Positions 1 through 8,953 of a stretch of DNA of 16,044 bases are shown here, one piece after another. The notes beneath the pieces were generated by a model that did not search any database, was not told the DNA's origin, and worked only from the letters and a program-made list of their open reading frames with translations. The DNA is from Candidatus Cloacimonadota bacterium (GTDB lineage: Bacteria > Cloacimonadota > Cloacimonadia > Cloacimonadales > WRIO01), in assembly GCA_029564175.1 (NCBI GenBank), contig JAKQQL010000371.1, positions 1 to 16,044 of the forward strand. Direction: 5' to 3'. A program made the position numbers and the translations under genes. Every line of letters starts with the position of its first letter. Within the stretch, counting starts at the first letter, position 1.

Positions 1-195
1 GGTTGCTTGCTCTACAAGGGGTATGCGTAGTATGAGCTTTATGTTTTTTCTTAGCAAGCAGGTTGCTTGCTCTACTACCAGTTTGCGTTGAACCATCTTT
101 ATGCTTTTACATAGCAAGCAGGTTGCTTGCTCTACAAAGGGTTTGTGCAGTACCAAATATGAAACGTTACTTAGCAAGCAGGTTGCTTGCTCTAC
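1..195. repeat. Tandem array with 60-bp period: invariant 24-nt palindromic repeat plus 36-nt variable but related linkers; truncated by the window edge
   Basis: TAGCAAGCAGGTTGCTTGCTCTAC occurs exactly at 52-75, 112-135 and 172-195, and partially at 1-15. On the minus strand it reads GTAG-AGCAAGCA-ACC-TGCTTGCT-A (8-bp stem). Linkers 16-51, 76-111 and 136-171 are all 36 nt and 18-23/36 identical pairwise (hand count). Confidence 0.95.
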
Positions 196-221
196 AGAGT
201 GAGAGTCTGGTTGAGTTCTTA

Positions 222-3200
222 TCACTTTTTATCTGCCAGTTCTGCCCGTATGATTTGTTCCAAAATTTCCCATTCCCTGAGCAATTGCTGAAAGATTTCT
301 TCTCTTTGGTATTCCGGATTTCTTTCCGGATATTCGATTAACTTTGCTAAAGCAATCAGCCTGTTAAATGACATATTCATCGCAGAGCCTTTGATGCGGT
401 GAGCTATCTGTTTGATGGCTTTTTCATCATTTACTTCGAAAGCCTGTTTTAAACTATCTATATAATCCGAAAAATCAAGAGAGATGACCATCATCTGCCG
501 GTAAAAATCCTGATCCATTGAGACTCTCTCCAAAAGTTCCTGTTTATTGAAATGAATTTCTGTTCCGCCATAATCTGTGTGCTTAGGCGTCAAATCAGCC
601 TGTTTAGTGAAATCTTTATCCTCAGTAAGCAGGTCATTTGTTTGAGTTTCTTCATCCATTAAATGATCTCCCTTCTCTGTAGGCAGGTGTTTTTTTTCAT
701 GCTCAGCATACCGTTCAGGCAAATCATAGCGCATCAGATACTGATCAGTAATATGTCTGATCGTCTCTTCCTGAACAGGTTTTGTAACAAAGGCGTCCAT
801 TCCTGCATTGATACATCTGAATTGTTCTTCTTTAAGTGCACCGGCAGTCAGTGCAATGATTGGAATATGCTTTTCTGAAATGCTTTCTTCCTGTCGAATC
901 TGTTGAGTAACTTCAATGCCATCCATTACAGGCATTTGCACGTCCATGAATATCAGGTCAATAGATTCTTTTTTTAATAATTGAAGTACTTCCTGGCCAT
1001 TTTGTGCTTCCAGAATTCTGGCATTGGGGTATAAATGCGTTAGCATTGTCTTGATTAAAATCATATTCATTTTGACATCTTCGGCAATCAGAATGGTTTT
1101 CTCAAACAATGTCTGACTGGCTGTCTCTTTCTGCAAGATTTGTGTATCTTCTATAATCTGTTCATTCTGAGATTTGAGAAGATGGAGCAGTTTCCTGATT
1201 TTGAGGGGTTTGCGCATGATTTGAACAGGCTTAAATCTCGCCTCAAGATTCAGATTCTCAGAGCTGTCATTGATACTCTTCAGCAAAATGATTTCTATTT
1301 TCTGGTAGCGTTCAGAATTAGAAAATCTCAGTTTTTTAATAAGATCTACCCCATCAATATAAGGCATTTCTTTATCGATAATCAGCAAATCAATCAGTGG
1401 CTCATGATCTAAAATCTTAAATGCTTCAACCCCATTTTCGGCATAAGAAGACTTTAAACCTGCTGAAATCAGATTTGCTTTCAGAATGTTTCCTGCCTGA
1501 GGATTATCATCTATTACCAGGCAATGGTGGTACACTATCGGGCTGGCATCCTCTTCCTGCATATTTTTCTGATATCCGGTCTCTATTGTAAATTCAAACA
1601 CAGAACCTTTCCCAAATTCACTGCTGATATCTATCTTTGAATTCATTTTCTCAGCCAGTTTTTCTGAGATAATCAAGCCAAGACCGGTCCCACCAAACTT
1701 ACGGGTAGTCGAACTGTCAGCCTGTGAAAAAGCTTTAAACAGTTTACTAAGCTGTTCTTCTTTTATTCCGATACCCGTATCTGAGACTGTGAAGTCATAT
1801 TTGCCGACATATTCATTCAAAGGTTTAAATATCACTTTTAGAATAATCTCGCCTTTTTCGGTAAATTTTACGGCATTATTGAGTAAATTGATGATGATCT
1901 GTTTAAGTCTTACAGGATCAAACATTGCATTCTCAGGCATATCGGCTTGAATATCCAGTATCAGCTCCAGGTCTTTCTCGTTTGCCTGATATCTGACAAT
2001 ATCGATTGTTTCTTCCAGCAAATTAAACAAATTGGTCTTAACGACGTCCAGCTCCAGTTTTCCAGCTTCAATCTTGGAAAAGTCCAGAATATCATTGATA
2101 ATACCTAAGAGGGCTTTACCAGAAGTGCCGGCATTTTTTGCATATAGTTTCTGAGTGTCTGTAAGTGGTGTTTGCAACAACAAATCAGTAAAACCAATAA
2201 CGCCATTAAGCGGTGTCCTGATTTCATGACTCATGTTTGCCAGAAATTCTGATTTGGCTTTATTGGCAGATTCTGCCTCATCTTTAGCAATCTTGAGTTC
2301 ATTTTCCACTTTTTTCAACACACTGATGTCTGTCATCACTGTTAAGAAATATTTTTTTCCTTGATTTTCAATCAGTTCACCTGAGAATAAACCATAAAGT
2401 TCTTGTTTATCCTTCGTTTTCACTTTCAATTCACGATTACGAAGGAATCCTTTTTCTTTGAGCTCTGACGCATAAAGATCTTTTTTATCAGGGTCAGCGG
2501 TGATATCAAGCTCTTTTGCAGAATGTCCGATGACTTCATCTCTTGTATATCCAAGTGTCTTCAGAAAAGCATCATTGACTTCCAGATATTTTCCTGTCTC
2601 AATTGAAGTCAATGCCATCAGTGCCGGATTGCTGTTAAAGAGTTTATTAAACATCTGCAGGGCTTCCTGCTCTTTGGAAATATCCTTGGAAACACCGAAA
2701 ATACAATCCATTCCATCCCAGTTGCCAAACCAGACGCGTGTTTCTACCGGCATATATTCGCCATTTTTCTTCTGTAATGGTAAAGGACATACTCCCAATT
2801 CTCCTTTAAACATCCGGGTAAATATGTCCGTTGCTTCATCTCTTTTATCTATTGGATGCACATCCAGAACGTGCATCTGTTGAAGTTCTTCATCTGTGAA
2901 ACCCAGCTTTTTGCTAACCGCAGAATTTGTATGGTAAATTTTCCCTTCTTTATCCGCAATAAATATCAAATCATCCAGTGTCTCAAAAAAGTTCCTGAAA
3001 TTCTTTTCATTATTAGCCAGTTTTTCTTCCATTACTCTTCGTTCCGTAATATCACTCTGAATCCCGAAATGACCTGTAATTCTGCCTTTTTCGTCATATA
3101 AACACACATAGTCACCCATCACCCACAGTTGAGATCCGTCAAAGGCTCTTTCATTTGTCTCAAAATGATAATGTCCCTGGTCAAAAAAGGTACGCCAAAT

Positions 3201-5309
3201 TTCCTTACCATAGGCAATGTCATGAGCGAAGAAATCATTTGGAGTCAATCCGATAAAATCTTTTTCTTCAGTATGATACTGCTCAAGCATCGCTTTGTTG
3301 ACTTTTACCATGCGTTGATGTGAAAAGATATAATCCAGCGTTTTCTCTTTATCTGTACGCTGATTCCATTCAACAGGTTCATCTAGCATCATGAAAAAAA
3401 TGCCGGCATGTGACTGGGTAAAAAAGGTTTTCAGCCGTTCTTCACTCTCACGTAAGGCCGTTTCATACAATTTTCTTTCAGTGATATCGGTAATACTGCC
3501 AAGCATTCTGACTGGCTGGTGCGCATCGTCATATTGAACTACTGCCCCCCGGTCATGTACCCAGACGACCTTCCCATCTGATTTTAACATTCGATGTTCA
3601 CTGTCATATTTGATTCCATTTTTTAAAGTTTCCTGAACTTTTTTATAAATGAGTTCCCTGTCCTCCGGATGAATACAACTGATAAAGAATTCGAGATCAT
3701 GCACCTTTTTCGATGCATCAAGTCCTAAAATCTGACACCATCTGCTATTATGTTCCACTTTATTATGAACAAGATCCCAATCCCATATTCCGTCACCGGT
3801 TACTTCGAGCGTCAATTTTAATTGTTCTTCGCTTTTTTTCAGCGCTTCTTCAGTTATTTTTCGTTTCGTAATGTCGGTTTGAGAACCTGCCATGCGATAG
3901 GGGATTCCATCTTGATTGCGTAAAGCCTGACCTTTCGCATGAATCCAGATCATTTCACCATTCTTATGTTTCATTCTGAATTCTAAATCATATTTGTCTG
4001 TATCACCTTTTAAGTAACGATCAACATAATCTAATACATATGGCTTATCAACTTCACAAAGTAATGATTCAAAACTTGAGAACTCATTTTTTAACTCATC
4101 ATCCTGATAACCCAGCATCTCTTTCCAACGGCTGGATAAAAATAAAGTATTATCTAAAATATTCCAGTCCCATATCCCATCATTTGACCCATTGATTGCC
4201 AGCTCAAACTGTTCTGTTTTTTCCTTTAGTTTTTCTTTTAAATGAATATCATCAGTAACATCATCACAATAGGCAATCAATAATTTATCATTAATTTTTG
4301 AAGAGTTGACAGAGAGCCAGAAAGGAGTCCCGTCTTTTTTCTTTGCTTTATAAATCCCGTAAGCCTTCCCTTTTGATATGGTCTCTTGAAAATGCAGGTA
4401 TGCCTTATCTCTTGAATCAACATCGATTAAATCACTTATTTTAATTTGCAAAATCTGGTCTTTTGAATAACCTGTTATGTTACAGGCTTGAGGATTGACT
4501 TCGACAAAATTCCCTTGATAATCACTGACAAAGACCGCCAGCGGCGCATTTTCCATATAGGCTCTGAATTTTGTTTCACTGGCTAACAAATCATGTTCCA
4601 TAATATATCGTTCAGTAATATCCCTGGCTGCCGCATAAATCAGATTGCCATGAGGATGAGAACGCCATTCAATAAAGCGATAAGTGCCATCTTTACACAG
4701 ATAACGATTTACAAAATTGAGTACGGATTCCTGCTTGCCAAGAGAGCCCATCACTTCCAGGGTACTCTGCATATCATCCGGATGAACAAACTCCAGGAAT
4801 TTGCGATGCTGAAGCTCTTCAACACTATAACCCAGTATATATTCCCACTCCTTATTCACTTTGATAAAATGACCTTCTAAGTCAGCAATACATAGCAAAT
4901 CCAGATTGACATTGAAAAATCCGGTAAGCTCATCATTTTGATTTTTTTCATGACTGATATCTGTAAAAATCGTTGTAAAATAGGTTTTTAAGGGACTATG
5001 TACCTGCACTTTAAACCATTTTCCAAGTGGCTCAGAATACTGTTCAAAAGTCTTTTCTCCCCCGTTCAGTGCAATCTCACCATAAAAGCTTATCCAGTCA
5101 AATTCAGCGTCTTTGAGACCTGGAATCACTTCTAATACGGTCTTTGAGATAATGTCTGCGGCTTTCAGACCGGTTAGTTTTTCAAAAGCTGGATTAACCT
5201 CAATAAAACGATAGTCAATCGGGATATTCTTGTCATCTGTAATAATCTGATGGTATGCAAAACCAAATGGAGCTGATAATATGATATGCTGATATAAGTC
5301 TTTATTCAT
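222..5309 (-). CDS. Cytoplasmic multi-PAS hybrid (unorthodox) sensor histidine kinase: 8 PAS/PAC, HisKA, HATPase_c, 2 REC, Hpt
   Basis: H-box EFLANMSHEIRTPLNG; N-box QIIINLLNNAVKFT; G boxes DTGIG and GTGLGL; REC motifs LVIDDN/IIDKEMP and ILIAED/FMDVQMPVMDG/KP; Hpt AHRIKGSA. Repeated PAS units (GIWDW, DITER). Start moved to ATG 5309 because AAGGA lies at 5320-5316. Confidence 0.95.
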   Translation of the reverse strand: MNKDLYQHIILSAPFGFAYHQIITDDKNIPIDYRFIEVNPAFEKLTGLKAADIISKTVLEVIPGLKDAEFDWISFYGEIALNGGEKTFEQYSEPLGKWFKVQVHSPLKTYFTTIFTDISHEKNQNDELTGFFNVNLDLLCIADLEGHFIKVNKEWEYILGYSVEELQHRKFLEFVHPDDMQSTLEVMGSLGKQESVLNFVNRYLCKDGTYRFIEWRSHPHGNLIYAAARDITERYIMEHDLLASETKFRAYMENAPLAVFVSDYQGNFVEVNPQACNITGYSKDQILQIKISDLIDVDSRDKAYLHFQETISKGKAYGIYKAKKKDGTPFWLSVNSSKINDKLLIAYCDDVTDDIHLKEKLKEKTEQFELAINGSNDGIWDWNILDNTLFLSSRWKEMLGYQDDELKNEFSSFESLLCEVDKPYVLDYVDRYLKGDTDKYDLEFRMKHKNGEMIWIHAKGQALRNQDGIPYRMAGSQTDITKRKITEEALKKSEEQLKLTLEVTGDGIWDWDLVHNKVEHNSRWCQILGLDASKKVHDLEFFISCIHPEDRELIYKKVQETLKNGIKYDSEHRMLKSDGKVVWVHDRGAVVQYDDAHQPVRMLGSITDITERKLYETALRESEERLKTFFTQSHAGIFFMMLDEPVEWNQRTDKEKTLDYIFSHQRMVKVNKAMLEQYHTEEKDFIGLTPNDFFAHDIAYGKEIWRTFFDQGHYHFETNERAFDGSQLWVMGDYVCLYDEKGRITGHFGIQSDITERRVMEEKLANNEKNFRNFFETLDDLIFIADKEGKIYHTNSAVSKKLGFTDEELQQMHVLDVHPIDKRDEATDIFTRMFKGELGVCPLPLQKKNGEYMPVETRVWFGNWDGMDCIFGVSKDISKEQEALQMFNKLFNSNPALMALTSIETGKYLEVNDAFLKTLGYTRDEVIGHSAKELDITADPDKKDLYASELKEKGFLRNRELKVKTKDKQELYGLFSGELIENQGKKYFLTVMTDISVLKKVENELKIAKDEAESANKAKSEFLANMSHEIRTPLNGVIGFTDLLLQTPLTDTQKLYAKNAGTSGKALLGIINDILDFSKIEAGKLELDVVKTNLFNLLEETIDIVRYQANEKDLELILDIQADMPENAMFDPVRLKQIIINLLNNAVKFTEKGEIILKVIFKPLNEYVGKYDFTVSDTGIGIKEEQLSKLFKAFSQADSSTTRKFGGTGLGLIISEKLAEKMNSKIDISSEFGKGSVFEFTIETGYQKNMQEEDASPIVYHHCLVIDDNPQAGNILKANLISAGLKSSYAENGVEAFKILDHEPLIDLLIIDKEMPYIDGVDLIKKLRFSNSERYQKIEIILLKSINDSSENLNLEARFKPVQIMRKPLKIRKLLHLLKSQNEQIIEDTQILQKETASQTLFEKTILIAEDVKMNMILIKTMLTHLYPNARILEAQNGQEVLQLLKKESIDLIFMDVQMPVMDGIEVTQQIRQEESISEKHIPIIALTAGALKEEQFRCINAGMDAFVTKPVQEETIRHITDQYLMRYDLPERYAEHEKKHLPTEKGDHLMDEETQTNDLLTEDKDFTKQADLTPKHTDYGGTEIHFNKQELLERVSMDQDFYRQMMVISLDFSDYIDSLKQAFEVNDEKAIKQIAHRIKGSAMNMSFNRLIALAKLIEYPERNPEYQREEIFQQLLREWEILEQIIRAELADKK

Positions 5310-5339
5310 AATCAATCCTTACAATATCGCTTAGTAATT

Positions 5340-5367
5340 AGTATAATAAAAAAAACTACCCTGTCAA
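5340..5367 (-). promoter_or_regulatory. Putative sigma70 promoter of the histidine kinase
   Basis: Minus strand TTGACA (5367-5362), 16-nt spacer, TATACT (5345-5340), about 30 nt upstream of the ATG. Confidence 0.6.
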
Positions 5368-5552
5368 TGTTTTTTTTGAATATCAACAAGCTACCGGGTA
5401 GTTACTATTATTACTTCTTTTAATCAGTAAATCACACAGATTTTTTAAAAAACCTTTACAGTTTTTCAGGGCAATATATTTTGGGTCATGACAGAGTGGA
5501 TATTTAATTAAGGATGTTCATTACACAATAAAGAAAGGATAGGGATAAATAC

Positions 5553-6785
5553 ATGCTTAATTTTTTTAAACTGTATTTGATTCATGCAAAGCTGTTTTCC
5601 AGAAATGCAAAACTATTTCTGGTAGGTGGTATTTTTGGCGGGATCGGTTTGTCTGTATTTAGTTTACTGTTTAATCTCTATCTGAAAGAATATCAGTTTA
5701 GCGAGTCTCAGATTGGGCAGGTACTTTCCTGGGGTTCATTGGGCTCTGCCCTGATTGCCATACCGGCAGCAATTTTGCTGGAAAAGATACATGTAAAAAA
5801 AATCCTGGTTTATTCGACTATTTTTGCCTGCTTATCTTATTTCATGTCTATTTTTAGCAAAGAATTGTCTTTAATCTTTGTTTTTATGTTTTTTGCCAAT
5901 TCCTTTATCACGGTTTACAGGGTCTGTATTGCTCCCTTTTTTATGCGAAACAGCACCAAGAGTGAGCGCATTTATTTATTTAGTATCAATTCAGCCTTGA
6001 CAATGCTGTCTCAGCTAATTGGATTTATCATTGGGGGTTATCTGCCAAAACTAATACTCTCAACGGGTATCAGTAGCGATTTGAAAGTGGCTTATGAACT
6101 GGCTTTGTATATCTCAATTGCGGGTACAATGATTTCCATTATCCCCTTTTTATCTATTAAACAGGCTAAAATCACTGAAAAATCCAAAGGGCTCTTCACT
6201 CAGATTAGACATTATAACTGGCCTCTGATTATTCGCCTGATGATTCCCAAACTCCTTGTTGGGCTGGGAGCTGGCTTAGTCATCCCTTTTATGAATTTAT
6301 ATTTTAAGAATGAATTTAATCTGGGTTCTGAACGGATTGGTTTTTTCTTTTCGATTATGCAAATATTTTTATTTGTGGGAATGATGATGGCACCTTATCT
6401 CACCAAGAAATTCGGAATGATTCAAAGTATTGTACTGACCGAATTACTCTCCATCCCTTTTATGCTGATTTTAGCAATGTCCAGATTTTTACCGCTGGCA
6501 GTAGTGGCATTTATTATGCGGGGGACTTTGATGAATATGAATCTGCCGATCAGTGCCAATTTTGAGATGGAACTGGTCAGACCTCAGGAACAGGCTTTTA
6601 CCAATGCGATTTCAACACTTGGCTGGCAGGGAGCCTGGACAGTCAGTGCCTGGGTAGGCGGATTGATTATCGAAAAATACTCTTTTGCCTTCTCTTTCTA
6701 TATCACGATCATCGCCTATCTCTTATCGGCAATCACATACTACATATTCTTTTCTAAATACAAAAGTATCAGTAAAAATGGCTAA
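5553..6785 (+). CDS. Major facilitator superfamily (MFS) transporter
   Basis: 410 aa with about 12 hydrophobic segments in two halves; FNLYLKE and FMNLYFK parallel motifs; motif-A-like loops (LLEKIHVKK, LTKKFGMIQS); purine-rich RBS region upstream. Confidence 0.9.
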   Translation: MLNFFKLYLIHAKLFSRNAKLFLVGGIFGGIGLSVFSLLFNLYLKEYQFSESQIGQVLSWGSLGSALIAIPAAILLEKIHVKKILVYSTIFACLSYFMSIFSKELSLIFVFMFFANSFITVYRVCIAPFFMRNSTKSERIYLFSINSALTMLSQLIGFIIGGYLPKLILSTGISSDLKVAYELALYISIAGTMISIIPFLSIKQAKITEKSKGLFTQIRHYNWPLIIRLMIPKLLVGLGAGLVIPFMNLYFKNEFNLGSERIGFFFSIMQIFLFVGMMMAPYLTKKFGMIQSIVLTELLSIPFMLILAMSRFLPLAVVAFIMRGTLMNMNLPISANFEMELVRPQEQAFTNAISTLGWQGAWTVSAWVGGLIIEKYSFAFSFYITIIAYLLSAITYYIFFSKYKSISKNG

Positions 6786-7689
6786 CCCGATGCAAGACCT
6801 GAGAATTATTTACTATCATCACATCCAGCCTGAACCGGCAGGAAATAGTTCTGCAGTATCGCTGAATAAATTCAAATGGCAAATTGCTTTTCTGAGACGA
6901 AAATATGAGATAATCTCTCTTAGTCAGGCGATTCAGCTCAATCAGGAGGGTCAATCCTTAAAAGGGAAAATGTGTATCACCTTTGATGATGGGTTTGTCT
7001 CATTTTATCAGCATGCCCTGCCTGTTCTCAAGCAGTATCATTTACCGGCAACTGTTTTCCTGATCAGTTCTTGTGTGAATAATCAACAGCTCATGTGGCG
7101 TAACAAACTTGATTTGATTTCAAAACAGCGCTCTCAGCACTTACAGAATGCGATTCTCAGTCTTTGTGAAAATTACCATCTGGAATTACCTCAAAATAAT
7201 CTCATGCAATGGAGTCTCAACTGGCCTATGGCTCAAAAAGACGATTTCTGCACATTTTTATGGGAATATACCAGGATGCCTGATATTCATCAGTATCTCT
7301 CAGATCATCCGGTTTATATGAACACAGATCAAATCCATGATGCCATGAATCAAAATATTGAGTTTGGCTCTCATACCCGTAGCCATCCGGTGTGTTCAAA
7401 ACTGACAGATGTTGAATTGAGTGAAGAAGTCGAAGGTTCACTTTCTGAGCTGAGCATTTTGCTCAATCAGCCCATTGCACTCTTTTCCTATCCTTTTGGG
7501 CTCAGAGCCGCTCCTGAGTTAGAGACTTGTCTCATAAACAATCAAAAGGTCAAGTCTCTCTTAGGCATTTATTATAAAAAAAAACATCCCAATGACCCTT
7601 TCCACTGGGAAAGAGATAACATGGAAATCCCCTTTGTCAAAAGCATGCTACGCTTTACACCGCTTCTGTCCCTGTATCTGAAAAAGTAA
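6778..7689 (+). CDS. Polysaccharide deacetylase (NodB / carbohydrate esterase family 4)
   Basis: Motifs YHHI, ITFDDG, ATVFL, EFGSHTRSHP, FSYPFG. Likely start is ATG 6778, overlapping the MFS stop by 8 nt; ATG 6790 is an alternative. Confidence 0.9.
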   Translation: MANPMQDLRIIYYHHIQPEPAGNSSAVSLNKFKWQIAFLRRKYEIISLSQAIQLNQEGQSLKGKMCITFDDGFVSFYQHALPVLKQYHLPATVFLISSCVNNQQLMWRNKLDLISKQRSQHLQNAILSLCENYHLELPQNNLMQWSLNWPMAQKDDFCTFLWEYTRMPDIHQYLSDHPVYMNTDQIHDAMNQNIEFGSHTRSHPVCSKLTDVELSEEVEGSLSELSILLNQPIALFSYPFGLRAAPELETCLINNQKVKSLLGIYYKKKHPNDPFHWERDNMEIPFVKSMLRFTPLLSLYLKK

Positions 7690-7777
7690 TTCGCCTGCAG
7701 AAATTAAGCGTTTCGAATGACCAGCATCTCCATCATTCTTTCATCCCTGCTAAATTACAAAAAATAAAAAATATTTC

Positions 7778-7807
7778 TTGACATAAAAACCAAAGTTTTG
7801 TTATATT
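7778..7807 (+). promoter_or_regulatory. Putative sigma70 promoter
   Basis: TTGACA 7778-7783, 18-nt spacer, TGn-TATATT (7802-7807), with an A-rich UP-like tract upstream. Confidence 0.55.
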
Positions 7808-7989
7808 AGCAAAATGAGGAATATAATAATAAAACCTAAGTGTCGATATAATGATTGGATTCATCCTGCAGATTTCTCAGAATTCTGTGTACCAGTCATT
7901 TACACAAATTATAAATACAAATCTAATTCTGAAGACATTTCAGAAGATAGCGGTATGATACAGAATAAATGTTCTAAAAAGGAGAAAAT

Positions 7990-8739
7990 ATGTGTAAAAA
8001 AATGTGTGTGATTTTGGCCTTCATCATTACAGTGTTCAGCCTTTTTGCCCTTGACAAAGCCGATGATGCCTTTAATGAAATTGAGACGGGTGAACTGAGT
8101 ATATATTTCTTTAATGCTTTAAATGGGGAGCCAATCGTCAATGGAGATGTTTTACTGGATGGCATTGGCACGCAAAAAACAGACCATCATGGCAAAATCA
8201 CCTTTTTACCTCAGGAAGATGAATATATCCAAACAATTGTATTTAAAGCGGATAAATACATTCAATCCACTTTTGATGTCGAAATCAATGCCGGCACCTT
8301 GTTTTTTAACCGATTTTCCGTATCTCCTGTTATGGATATCAATTATTTTCGTGTTGTGCTGGACTGGGATAAAAAACCAAATGATCTGGATGCACACTTC
8401 GAAAAAAAAGGGGCTTATCATATCTCTTACCGAAACACCAGAACCCTTTCTGACGGCAGAGGACAGCTCGATAGAGATGATACCAACGGCTATGGACCAG
8501 AAACCATCACCGTTACCAGAGTTGAACAAGACGGCATGTATGAATTCTTTGTTGAAGATTACAGCAATCGCAGTGATAGAAACTCATCAGCTCTGTCAAA
8601 ATCTAAAGCCTGCGTCAAAGTCTATGGCAATGGGCAACTGCTGAATGTAATCAAAATCCCCAAAAAACAAAAAGGCAACATCTGGCGTGTCTTTAAAGTC
8701 GAAAATGGAAAAGTCATCAGTATTAATAGTGTGGAATAA
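7990..8739 (+). CDS. Secreted protein with an N-terminal Ig/transthyretin-like beta domain and a C-terminal YfaP/DUF2135-like domain
   Basis: RBS AAGGAG 7979-7984; signal peptide MCKKMCVILAFIITVFSLFA; motifs RVVLDW...DLDAH, LDRDDTNGYGPETIT and YEFFV typical of DUF2135-like domains. Confidence 0.8.
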   Translation: MCKKMCVILAFIITVFSLFALDKADDAFNEIETGELSIYFFNALNGEPIVNGDVLLDGIGTQKTDHHGKITFLPQEDEYIQTIVFKADKYIQSTFDVEINAGTLFFNRFSVSPVMDINYFRVVLDWDKKPNDLDAHFEKKGAYHISYRNTRTLSDGRGQLDRDDTNGYGPETITVTRVEQDGMYEFFVEDYSNRSDRNSSALSKSKACVKVYGNGQLLNVIKIPKKQKGNIWRVFKVENGKVISINSVE

Positions 8740-8785
8740 AAGATAATTGTGAGCATTCCCCTCCCTTGGATGGCCGGTATGTTTA

Positions 8786-8817
8786 ATTGTGAATGATGAG
8801 TTATGAATGATGAATGA
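8786..8817. repeat. Heptamer tandem repeat (consensus ATGATGA), about 4.5 units
   Basis: ATTGTGA ATGATGA GTTATGA ATGATGA ATGA. Confidence 0.7.
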
Positions 8818-8820
8818 GAT

Positions 8821-8924
8821 AATTCCCCTCCTGTGGAGGGGTGGCACGGAGTGACGGGGTGGTAGGTTATTGTACTACAAGCGTCCCGCTTGTAGAAAGG
8901 CCGTAAGCAAGATGCTCGTAGTAC
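8821..8924 (+). repeat. Composite REP-like element (CCCCTCC two-hairpin unit plus two facing GTAC-tagged hairpins), inverted relative to the copies at 12009 and 14305
   Basis: 8822-8864 matches the reverse complement of 14377-14419 with 1 mismatch. GTAC-TACAAGCG-TCC-CGCTTGTA at 8872-8894 (+) and GTAC-TACGAGCA-TCT-TGCTTACG at 8924-8902 (-). Confidence 0.9.
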
Positions 8925-8953
8925 GAATTGTAATCAAAATTAAGGAGGAAAAA

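Noticed and set aside
1..195. Canonical CRISPR array
   Set aside because: Linkers are 50-64% identical to each other, close relatives of the repeat are dispersed as REP-like hairpins (e.g. 14449-14471), and no cas gene or leader is visible.
63..341. 92-aa plus-strand ORF
   Set aside because: It is a translation of the repeat array, has a stop in the preceding unit (32-34), no RBS, and overlaps the kinase antisense.
663..4880. Six small plus-strand ORFs within the kinase
   Set aside because: Antisense shadow ORFs with no recognisable motifs.
5455..5482. MFS promoter TTTACA...TATATT/TATTTT
   Set aside because: Spacing of 14 nt, or a poor -10 at 16 nt, in very AT-rich DNA; insufficient support.
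6685..6777. N-terminal extension of the deacetylase ORF
   Set aside because: It overlaps the MFS gene by about 100 nt; ATG 6778 gives a typical short overlap.
8123..8847. ORFs 8123-8644 (+), 8206-8529 (-) and 8596-8847 (-)
   Set aside because: Alternative-frame or antisense overlaps of a well-supported gene; the last begins inside a repeat.
8870..8953. Upstream TTG start of the 966-aa ORF
   Set aside because: It runs through REP hairpins; the strong RBS and signal peptide indicate ATG 8954.
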